Position numbers and translations under genes: made by a program
NCBI GenBank assembly: GCA_963814835.1
Contig: CAWFEG010000004.1
Span: forward strand, 43,510-107,509
Source: an uncultured Alphaproteobacteria bacterium
GTDB taxonomy: Bacteria > Pseudomonadota > Alphaproteobacteria > Rhodobacterales > Rhodobacteraceae
DNA: 64,000 bases
Direction: 5' to 3'
In this document: positions 50,630-59,548 of the stretch, piece after piece
Numbering within the stretch: the first letter of the stretch is position 1
How the letters are laid out: each line of letters begins with the position of its first letter
The notes under the pieces: generated by a model
The model's database searches: none
What the model saw: only the letters and a program-made list of their open reading frames with translations
What the model was told of the DNA's origin: nothing

Positions 50630-52015
50630 ATGCCACTCCGCTCCCCCCTCCCTTCCTTGCAGCGGCTCTTCGCGACCGTGTCGCTCGGGGTCCTCGTTCT
50701 CTTCGCATCGCAGGGGCCGGGCCTGGCGCAGTACCGTCTGGGACCGCAGGACAGGGTCCGGCTCAAGATCTACGAATGGCGGCCGTCGCGCGACACGATC
50801 TTCGAATGGACCGCGCTCAACGACGAGTTCACCGTCGGACCGGACGGGTCCCTGTCGCTGCCCTTCGTGGGCGCGGTCAAGGCGGCAGGACAGGAGCCGG
50901 TCGAGCTGTCGCTGACCATCGCGGACCTCCTCGTGCGGGCGATGGGGCTCGGCGTGGCGCCCGATGTCGCCGTGGAGATCGTCGAGTTCCGGCCCGTCTA
51001 CATCACCGGCGACGTGGTGGAGCCCGGCGCATTCCCCTATCGGCCCGAGTTGACCGTGTTGCAGGCAGTCAGCCTGGCCGGCGGAGTACGCCCCCGGAGC
51101 GACAAGGACGAGCGGTTCGTGCGCGAGCTGATCGCCGGGCGGGGCGAGGTCAATGTCCTGGCCGTGGACCGGCTCAGCCTCGTGGCCCGGAAGGCCCGGC
51201 TCGAGGCCGAACTCGAAGGCGCCGAAAAGATCGCATTCCCGTCTTCGGTGTCCGAGCGACAGTTCGACGACATGGGCACGATCTTCATGGAGCAGGAGAC
51301 CGCGATCTTCGAGGCGCGCCGCGCCGGCCTCGACGCCCAGCTTCGCGCCCTCGCCAGCCTGCGCGCCTTCCTCGAACGGGAGGTGAGGGCGCTGCAGAAA
51401 CGGCTGGATCTGCTCGACCAGCAGATCGCGAGCCTCGAGGCCGAGTTCGCCAATGTCGGACAGCTCGTCGAGCAGGGCCTGGCGGTGGCGCCCAGGGAAA
51501 TGGCGCTGGAGCGGTCCCTGCTGCAGATCCGCAGCGACCGGGTGACGGCCGAATCCGCGCTCCTGCGCGCCCAGCAGGATATCAGTCGAACCGACGTCTC
51601 GATTCTGGAATTGCGGAGCAACCGCGACAACGAGGTCGCGAGCCTGTTGAAGGAGGTCCAGGCGGAGCTGAACCAGACCGAGCGCCGCACGGACACCGCG
51701 CTCCTGCTCCTGCGGGAGTCGGAGACCTACGCCCCCTCGACATTCATGGGCTCCGAAGCAGCCCAACTCCCGCCGCGCATCACGATCGTTCGGCCGACGA
51801 CGGACGGTATCGTCGAGATCCCGGCCGAGGAGACCTCCGCCTTGAACCCGGGCGATACCGTCAAGGTGGAACTCCTTTCCGTTCGAGGCCGCGCCGGCGC
51901 AGGCCGCCGCGGTGCCGGCCCGCGCGGTCGCCGAGGTGCGAACTACGCCCTGAGGCGTCGCTCCTCGTCTTTGGATGCCATCATCGCACATCGCGCGCGG
52001 GATCGCCCAGGATGA
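50630..52015 (+). CDS. polysaccharide export protein (Wza/ExoF-like, with a long coiled-coil region)
   Basis: Signal peptide. Poly_export-like YRLGPQDRVRLKIYEW...FTVGPDGSLSLPFVGAVKAAG and SLBB-like VYITGDVVEPGAFPY, then about 200 aa of heptad-rich sequence. Confidence 0.75.
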   Translation: MPLRSPLPSLQRLFATVSLGVLVLFASQGPGLAQYRLGPQDRVRLKIYEWRPSRDTIFEWTALNDEFTVGPDGSLSLPFVGAVKAAGQEPVELSLTIADLLVRAMGLGVAPDVAVEIVEFRPVYITGDVVEPGAFPYRPELTVLQAVSLAGGVRPRSDKDERFVRELIAGRGEVNVLAVDRLSLVARKARLEAELEGAEKIAFPSSVSERQFDDMGTIFMEQETAIFEARRAGLDAQLRALASLRAFLEREVRALQKRLDLLDQQIASLEAEFANVGQLVEQGLAVAPREMALERSLLQIRSDRVTAESALLRAQQDISRTDVSILELRSNRDNEVASLLKEVQAELNQTERRTDTALLLLRESETYAPSTFMGSEAAQLPPRITIVRPTTDGIVEIPAEETSALNPGDTVKVELLSVRGRAGAGRRGAGPRGRRGANYALRRRSSSLDAIIAHRARDRPG

Positions 52016-52139
52016 TCCGCAGGCGGCGCCTACGCCGCATTCTCTTCCGGTCTCGCCCTCCGCGCGGCGTCTGATCTATGCCTTCGTCGTAGGTCGGTAG
52101 AATGCGATTTCTGACGGGTTTACGGGACGCTACGAGGTT

Positions 52140-52570
52140 CTCGAGGAGCGCGTGGCCGGGCGTCGGACGTGGCCCTGGGACGTGAAGCTGCGGATCGTTG
52201 CCGAGAGTCATGCGGCCGGGGTGATGGTCACCGCGGTGCCGCGGCGGCATCGACGGAGGCCCTCGCAGGGGACGACCTGGCGGCGCCTGCACCGTGAGGG
52301 GAAGTTGCGGCCTTGCCAATGCTCGGACCGCTGATGCTGGAAGATCCCGAACTCTCCCGGCCCGCCCCGAACTCCACGGCCGATCCGGAGCCAAGAGCCT
52401 CCGAGCTGATCGAGATCGAGGCCCGCGGGGCGTGGTGATCCGGCTGGGGTCCGCGACGCCGGCGGCGCGGATCGCCGAGATCGCGTCAGCCCTGCGCGAG
52501 CCTCGGCGGTGATCCTGCCGGGGCAACGCCTGCCGATCGTGGGGCGGCTGTTACCCGGTCGGGCCAAGGG
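52140..52570 (+). mobile_element. IS66-family remnant (tnpA-like accessory ORF and the start of tnpB)
   Basis: RRTWPWDVKLRIVAESHAAGVMVTAV(A)RRH... and IEIEARG... resemble IS66 orf1. Truncated and frameshifted. Confidence 0.45.
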
Positions 52571-52958
52571 TATCGTTCGGGGTCGTCAGAACCGCCTGCT
52601 CGTTCGGGTGTTTCATTCTACGTCGTCCCAATCCCTGCGCCACGCCGTCACGGCGACACAGGGGATCTAAGATCAACAAGAAAACGGGCCGAAAAGAAGA
52701 ACGGGCGAAAATTCTGCGCGAGCCGGCCGCGTCCAGATCGGACGGGGCAGCCGGCAGCTACGGCGCCCTCGCCGGCAGCCAGATTCCGAGGCTGCGGCAG
52801 AGATGGTGAACGGCGCCGTACCCAGAGCGGACATCCGCCACGGGCACCTTGGACTGCAGTTGTGCGCACGAAGCCGATGGGGTGGATGGCTCCTGCTCCC
52901 CCGGCGTCGCGATGCGCCATGCTGCAGGTGTCATGATCTGCATGTGGAGGAGCCGCCC

Positions 52959-53889
52959 ATGAGAGTTTCCACCATCGGTCTGGACCTGGCCAAGAGCATT
53001 TTTCAGGTTCATGGCGTTACCGATCAAGGCGAGGTCGCGTTCAACCGACCGCTCCGCCGGGCGCGGGAACTCTCGAAGCTCGGTCACGAGGTGCGGCTCA
53101 TCCCGCCTCTGTACGTCAAGCCATACGTCAAGCGGGGCAAGTCCGACGCGGTCGACGCCGAGGCGCGTCTCGCGAGGCGGTGACGCGCCCGACCATGCGG
53201 TTCGTCGAGATCAAGACCGGGGACCGGCAGGCGCTGCTCAGCCTGCACCGGATGCGCGATCTGGCGGTCCGACAGAGCACGCAGCTGGTCAACATGCTCC
53301 GTGGCCTGCTGGCCGACTGCGGGATTACCATCCCCAAGGGTATCGGCAGGGCGCTCGGATACGCCAGGGATATGACCGAAGGTGCCTCGCCGGAGATCCC
53401 GGAGATCGCCCGGGTCTTGTGCCGCCAATTGAAGGCCCTGAATACCTGGATCGGCTGGTACGAGGCGCGACTGAAGATCGAGACCCGGGCAAACCCGCAG
53501 GTCAGTCTGCTCCAGACGATCCCCGGGGTGGGCCCAATCAGGCCTCGGCGATCGCGGCCACGGTCGGCAGCGGACGTCTGCTCCGAAGCGGCCGCGACTT
53601 CGCGGCGTGGCCGGGCCTGACTCCCCTGAACCGATCCAGCGGTGGCAAGGAGCGCCTCGGCCGGATCTCGAAGATGGGCGACCGATACCTGCGACAATTG
53701 CTGGTCGTGGGCATGACTTCACGGGTCCGGCAGGTCCGCAACCATTCCGACCGCGCTGACCCGTGGCTCGCGCGCTTGCTCGACCGCAAACCAGCGCGTC
53801 TCGCCACGGTTGCCATGGCGAACAAGACCGCCCGTATCGTCTGGGCCGTGCTGACGAGAAACCGCCCCTACGCCCAGACTGCGGCCTGA
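52959..53889 (+). pseudogene. IS110-family transposase (internal N-terminal deletion and frameshifts)
   Basis: MRVSTIGLDLAKSIFQVHGVTDQGEVAFNRPLRRA|RELSKLGHEVRLIPPLYVKPYVKRGKSDAVDAEA..., LQTIPGVGP, GKERLGRISKMGDRYLRQLLVVGMTS..., ATVAMANKTARIVWAVLT. Confidence 0.8.
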
Positions 53890-54329
53890 GAAGGGCGGCA
53901 TTCGAGATAGCAGACCAACGATGTGATGGGTGCACCCTCGGCCGCAGCGTTCAGGATACCCCGCCGAATGGCAAGGGCTCAATGGCCCGCAGGGCCAACA
54001 GGGAGTCGATCCGCGGGCCCCATCAGGGCCAGCGGTCAGATGCACCGCGCAAACAGGCCGGACATACGACCGCTTCTGAAAGGTGCGCGCCAGACCATTT
54101 TCGGCTTGCTATGCAGGAGCCATCCACACAGGCCATTCGATGCGATTGACACGAAAATCCGTTTCTACAGGGCATGCCGTAAGCGGATGCTTATTCTGAA
54201 ACCTATTCTAGCCGCAGCCATCGGCGTTCGATACTCCTTGCCGATCTATTGTTTATTGGCGCGTTTTCTGGGTATGTAGACAAGCTGCGGACGATTACGG
54301 ATTTCATGGGATGTGAATGATCGCTTTGA

Positions 54330-54620
54330 TGCACTGCTAGATACGGCGATCCGCTCATTGAGATGATGGAACCCATCTACGAGGGTCCGCAACGTCGCTC
54401 GTGCCGTCTTGGGCAAGGTGCCTTCGGATACCTCGACCAGCTCGATCAGGCGACGTGCGCTCCACGTCGAATAGGGAACGACTTTTCCGAACTCGGTCAG
54501 GTGCCTCCGCAATGCTTCCATTGCTGTTGTACAGGATGAAATTCTCGCAGGAACCTGAAGCACCTATCCGCAGCGTAGCTTGCGCCTCAGCACCGTTCTG
54601 CCAGAAGCGTCCGCCCCGTG
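54330..54620 (-). mobile_element. fragment of a different IS110-family transposase, cut by IS3 copy C
   Basis: ALRRHLTEFGKVVPYSTWSARRLIELVEVSEGTLPKTARATLRTLVDGFHHLNERIA resembles the central IS110 region. Visibly lower GC. Confidence 0.45.
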
Positions 54621-54775
54621 TGGTCTGCCCCCTGAAAAGTGGTCCTCCCTGAAGTAGGCTTTTGAGCCGGATGGAGGACGAAGGAATGGTGCAGAAGAAA
54701 CACAAGCCGGAGGAGATCGTCGCGAAGCTACGGCAGGTCGACGTGCTGGTATCGCAGGGCCGTCCGGTGGCCGAG

Positions 54776-54800
54776 GGTCGACGTATACGTCGAGCGGTCC
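54776..54800 (+). repeat. type-2 palindromic block in orfA of IS3 copy C
   Basis: GGTCGACGTATACGTCGAGCGGTCC: 25 nt where related OrfA proteins have 4 codons, so a net +13 nt. A 17/18 palindrome lies at 54777-54794. Confidence 0.7.
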
Positions 54801-55525
54801 ATCGGTGTGACGCAGTTCACCTACTACCGGTGGCGCAAGGAGTTCGGAGGGCTGAAGACCGACCAGGTGAAGCGGCTGAAGGAGCTCGAGAAGGAGAACG
54901 AGCGGCTTCGCAAGGCGGTCTCCGATCTGACGCTTGAGAAGCTCATCCTGCGAGAGGCTGCCTCGGGAAACTACTGAGCCCCGCCCGCCGTCGAGCCTGC
55001 ATCGACCATGTCAGGCAGAAGTTCCGGGTCTCGGAACGGCTTGCCTGTCGCGTGCTCGGCCAGCATCGCTCCACCCAGCGGAAGGCACCGCGTGGGCGGG
55101 CCGACGAGGAGGCACTGACCGCGGACATCGTCGCGCGGGCGCGCCAGTATGGGCGCTACGGCTATCGCCGGATCGCGGCCCTTCTCCGAGATGCCGGGTG
55201 GACGGTGAACGTGAAACGGGTCGAACGGATCTGGCGACGGGAGGGGCTGAAGGTGCCACAGAAGCAACCCGGGAAAGGCAGGCTCTGGCTGAACGACGGG
55301 TCATGCATCCGCCTGCGGCCGGGGCGTCCGAACCACGTCTGGTCCTACGATTTCGTGGAGAGCCGGACTCACGACGGAAGGACGTTCCGGATGCTCAATG
55401 TCATCGACGAGTTCACGCGGGAATGCCTGGCCATTCGCGTCGACAGGAAGCTGAACTCGACCGCGGTGATCGACGTGCTGACCGATCTGTTCATCCTTCG
55501 AGGCGTGCCCGGCCATGTTCGTTCG

Positions 55526-55566
55526 GAGTTGCCCATCGCGGCGCCATCGGTCCGAGCCCGATGGGC
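55526..55566 (+). repeat. type-1 palindromic mini-insertion (41-nt variant) in orfB of IS3 copy C
   Basis: GAGTTGCCCATCGCGGCGCCATCGGTCCGAGCCCGATGGGC between GHVRS and DGPEFIARAVRDW. Arms GCCCATCG/CGATGGGC. Confidence 0.8.
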
Positions 55567-55939
55567 GACGGCCCTGAGTTCATCGCCAGGGCCGTGCGGG
55601 ACTGGATCGCCGCGGTGGGGGCGACGACGGCGTTCATCGAGCCCGGCAGCCCCTGGGAGAACGGCTATTGCGAGAGCTTCAACTCGAAGCTCCGCGACGA
55701 GCTGCTGAACGGGGAGATCTTCTACTCGCTGGCCGAGGCCCGCGTGATCATCGAGGCGTGGCGGGTCCACTACAATACCGCCCGCCCCCACTCGTCGCTG
55801 GGCTATCGACCACCCGCGCCGGAGGCCGTTCACTGGCCATCCCGCGATGGCGGATCAGCACCTTCCCAGGCATCCGCCTTGGCGCAGAGACCGGTCATGC
55901 AATAAGATTGAAACTGGACCACCCGATAGGGGCAGGCCA

Positions 55940-56459
55940 CCGGTTGTCGACCGCCTTGAACTTGCTGCCATCGACCGCAACGCAGTCGCCCTTCAGCACC
56001 CCCGCCCGGCGGCCGAGTTCGACGAAGAGGGCGCAGGTCCGGCGGATGGCGGGGCCGTTGTCGCGCCGGAAGTCGGCAATCGTCTCGTGGTCCGGCACCA
56101 ACCGTCCGGTCAGCCCCATCACCTCGACATTCCGCCCAGCCTCGCGCTCGAGCCGCCGGCTGGACGGAACGCGGTTCAGGTAACCGCAGATGAAGAGCTT
56201 CGGCAGGACGGCGGGATGGTAGCCCGGCCGGCCCGTTCGTGCAGCGGCGACACGCTCGAAGCCAAGGTCTCCAAGCTCGAGATCATCGACGAAGAGGTCG
56301 ATCACCCGGACCGGATCGTCTGCGTCCATCCAGTCCTCAAGCCGCTCGGGAAACAGCGTCGACCGGCTTCGCCCGACACCTTCGATGAACCTGCCCATGC
56401 CTGCTCCGGCCGTTCCCAGCAGCATGCATCAGCGGAGTGTTCTCACACAGCCTCGGCCC
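55940..56459 (-). mobile_element. IS1182-family partial copy (right end plus the first ~175 codons), truncated by IS3 copy C
   Basis: Near-identical to 34590-35110. Intact N-terminus MLLGTAGAGMGRFIEGVGRSRSTLFPERLEDWMDADDPVRV... Confidence 0.85.
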
Positions 56460-57461
56460 AAACCGGACGTCCAGCGCGTGTGGTGCTGCTACGGTGCAGT
56501 TTCACCGAAACGGCCATTCACGCGGAAGCGGGTCCGCGCCCGAATCACGGTCTGCGACCCAATGACCGTCGTGCCAGTTTCTACAGGCTTGCGATCGAGC
56601 GTCTTGCGGATTCGATATCCGGAAGAGAGAGCGGAAAAGACGGAATTCGTTGCGCTGCGGAGTAAATTGCGGGTGCACAATGAATGGGCCTCGCGATAGC
56701 AGATAGAAGTGTATGCACCTTTTTCTTTTCAGGACCTCTGTCTTTCCTCCGTCTCGATCGCTTGGCGGCGGAGATGACATAGCGCAGTGCGATGGTCGGA
56801 TCTTCGTGCGAGACCCTGGAGGAGAAGGCAGGCTCATCAGGACCACGCACGCCATGCGCGCCTCTTAGAACCCGACTCTGAAACTCCATGATGTTCGACG
56901 ATGCCTTGCGAGATGGCGGGTGACGCGGCGAATGGGGGCAATGGTGATCCATGCCTCGGCACTGGCGATGGTTTCCTCCCGGTCTTTCGCGCGCCGGCGG
57001 CATCGGCCGAGCCAGGCGAAGGCGCGTTCGACGACCCAGCGGCGGGGGAGCACCTCGAAGCCTTTGGCGGCGTCGGAGCGCTTGACGATTTCCAGCGTCC
57101 GGTCGCCGATCTTGTCCAGCGCGCTGCGGAGCTTCGGCCCGGCGCAGCCGCCGTCGGCGAAGAGGTGCCGCAGCCGGGGAAACGCATGGCGGATGGATCC
57201 GAGCACCGCTGGCGCGCCGTCGCGATCCTGGATGTCGGCCGCGTGCGCGACCAGCCCGACCATCAGGCCGAGCGTGTCAGGGACGCTATGGCGCTTGCGT
57301 CCCTTGACCTTCCTGCCGGCATCGAAGCCGCTAACCCCTCCGCTTTCCGTGGTTCTTGCGCTCTGGCAGTCGATCACGCCGGCTGAAGGCGTGGCGTCGC
57401 GACCATCGCGCTCGCGCGCCGCCCTCACCAGATACTGGTTGACGGCCTTCGGCCGGCCGCT

Positions 57462-58781
57462 TGATATTGCCCCCGTTTCGCCGGACACTCAGGCGGTTGC
57501 GGTTTGAGCTGCGATGAACTCGCGGGGCGAGCGCAACTTCAGCCCTGAGTTCGGGTGGTTGTCGTTGTAGTCCTCGATCCGCCCGCTGACGAGGTCGAGG
57601 ACGACCTGAGCGTCCGGCAACGGCGTGACGCGCACGCAGTCACGCTTGAGCGTGTTTTCGAAGGCTTCCGAGATGCCGTTGCTCTCCGGGCTCTTGACCG
57701 GCGTGAAGCGGGACCTCAGGCCGAGCTGGCTGGCGAAGATGCGCGTGTCGCGGGCGGTGTAGGGCGAGCCGTTGTCGCTGAGCATCTCGACCGGATGCGG
57801 GGCGCGGTGCGCGCTGAACCGCGTCTCCACCGCCTCGAGCATCATGTCGCGGATATCGGATCCGCTGATGCCGGCGTTCGCCACGGCGCGCCAGGCGATG
57901 ATCTCCCGGTCGTGGGCGTCGATGACGAAGGCGCCGCGGACGATGTCGCCGTTCCAGCACGTGAACTCGAAGCCGTCGCTGCACCATCCCAGGTTCGAGC
58001 GCATGACGAGGGCCTTGCCGTCGTGGGTGCGCGCCGGCCGCTCGGTACTGCTCCGCGCGAGAAGCAGGTTGTTGGTCTGCATGACCCGGTAGACGCGCTT
58101 GTGGTTCACCGGCGCCAGCCCCTGCGCCCGCAGCTGGCGGTTCAGGAGCGCCGTGATCCGCCGGTAGCCGCAGGTCGGTCGCGCCGCCACGAGCGCCGTG
58201 ATCAACGGCAGCACCGCCGCGTCTCGCGCTTTGTAGTAGCGCCGCCGCGGCTTGGTCCTTCCGCTCAGCCGGTCATGCAGGTTCGAGCGCGACATCCCGA
58301 GCGTCTGGGCCACGGCCGCCATCGGGAACCGCCCTTCAGCGGCGACTGCACGAGCAACGTCGGTTATTTTGCCCGTGACTTGTCCAGCGCCTCCTTGAGG
58401 ATCTCCACCTCAAGCGTCTTGCGCCCAAGCTGGCGTTCGAACTCGCGGATGCGGTCCTCCATCTGCCGGACGGCCCGTCTCGCAGGCTCGACACGGTCAC
58501 CTCGTCGTCGCCGGTCACCGCCACGCTCCCTCCCTCCAGCATCAGACTGCGCCAACGATAGAGGAGGTTCGGAGCCACGCCATTGCGCCGCGCGACCACC
58601 GAGATGCTCTCCTGCTCGTCCAGGGTTTCTTCCACGATCCGCAGCTTCTCGGCCGCGGACCAGCGGCGGCGCCGGCCGCCATCGGTGATGATCTCGATCT
58701 CGGACATGAGCACGTGCTCAGGCATATGCCCAAGCCTCCATGGCTATGCCCAAGTGTCCGGTCGAAACGGGGGCCAGTTCA
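57462..58781 (-). mobile_element. IS3-family element, type II, copy 2 (inverted relative to copy 1)
   Basis: Same termini as 21452-22771, with a few substitutions. Flanked by AGTGG / AGCGG (imperfect 5-bp duplication) inside the host IS5 gene. Confidence 0.85.
57489..58322 (-). CDS. IS3 type II orfB (DDE transposase), copy 2
   Basis: 277-aa ORF differing from 21911-22744 by one residue in the translations (ARSSTERP versus ARSRTERP). Confidence 0.8.
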   Translation of the reverse strand: MAAVAQTLGMSRSNLHDRLSGRTKPRRRYYKARDAAVLPLITALVAARPTCGYRRITALLNRQLRAQGLAPVNHKRVYRVMQTNNLLLARSSTERPARTHDGKALVMRSNLGWCSDGFEFTCWNGDIVRGAFVIDAHDREIIAWRAVANAGISGSDIRDMMLEAVETRFSAHRAPHPVEMLSDNGSPYTARDTRIFASQLGLRSRFTPVKSPESNGISEAFENTLKRDCVRVTPLPDAQVVLDLVSGRIEDYNDNHPNSGLKLRSPREFIAAQTATA

Positions 58782-59548
58782 CCACTGTCGCGCCATTCGT
58801 GGAAATGGCGCTGCACCGTCGCGGGCGGTGGAACGTCCTTCGGCAGACAGGCCCACTGGCAGCCGGTCGACGCCATGTGGAGGATCGCGTTCATCACCTC
58901 GCGCAAATCGGTCGTTCGAGGCCGGCCGATGCGACGCGGCGAGGGCATGGAGGGCCCGATCAGCGCCCGTTCCCGATTTGTCGGATCGCTTGCGTAGCGG
59001 CCGCCGCGCCGATCATGCTCAAGCCGGGCGGTTTCAGTCCAAGGCATGTGACCCTCCGGCCAGTCTGGCAACCGGACAGAATCACGAGGCACCGAAACTG
59101 CTCGACGCTTTTCGGGTTGGGCTCTGAGGGACCTCCAATCCCGATTCGATAGGTCGCCAAGTGGCTTGATCGGGTGGACGCGGATGAGCGTCCGGCGCGG
59201 CCCCTCGCGACCATGCGCGGTATCGGGATGCTCTCATCACCCGCCTTCGCAGCCAACACGCCGAATGTGGAAACGTATCGAAGCGCGCGACTACGCGACA
59301 TCGCTCGAACTGAGGCCGCGGGCGCGTTCGAGCGGCGTCACGGAGCGACACTGGCGTGCTTCAAAGGCCGGAAACAGGTGTCCCGATGGCTGCTCTGCCT
59401 GGATGCCATCGCAGTCATCAGCGCCCGGCGGGAACAACTGAGGCTACCCTCGGCCCAAGCCGCCAACTGGCTGGAGCGCATGGGTGGCCGAGTGCCGCAC
59501 CGACGCATCCGCTTACATCTCGTATTTCCGCTCACACCGTCCGCAGGG

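Larger units (their letters stand above)
54621..55939 (+). mobile_element. IS3-family element, type I, copy C (best-preserved copy)
   Basis: Ends TGGTCTGCCCCCTGAAAAGTGGTCC / ...GGACCACCCGATAGGGGCAGGCCA. orfA and orfB are continuous apart from the two palindromic insertions. Confidence 0.85.
56860..59133 (-). mobile_element. IS5-family element split by the nested IS3 type II copy 2
   Basis: N-terminal half at 58782-59047 (MPWTETARLEHDRRGGRYASDPTNRERALI...LPKDVPPPATVQRHFHEWRDSG). C-terminal half at 56865-57461 (RPKAVNQYLVRAARERDGR...VIDCQSARTTESGG...EVLPRRWVVERAFAWLGRCRR). Ends approximate. Confidence 0.75.
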
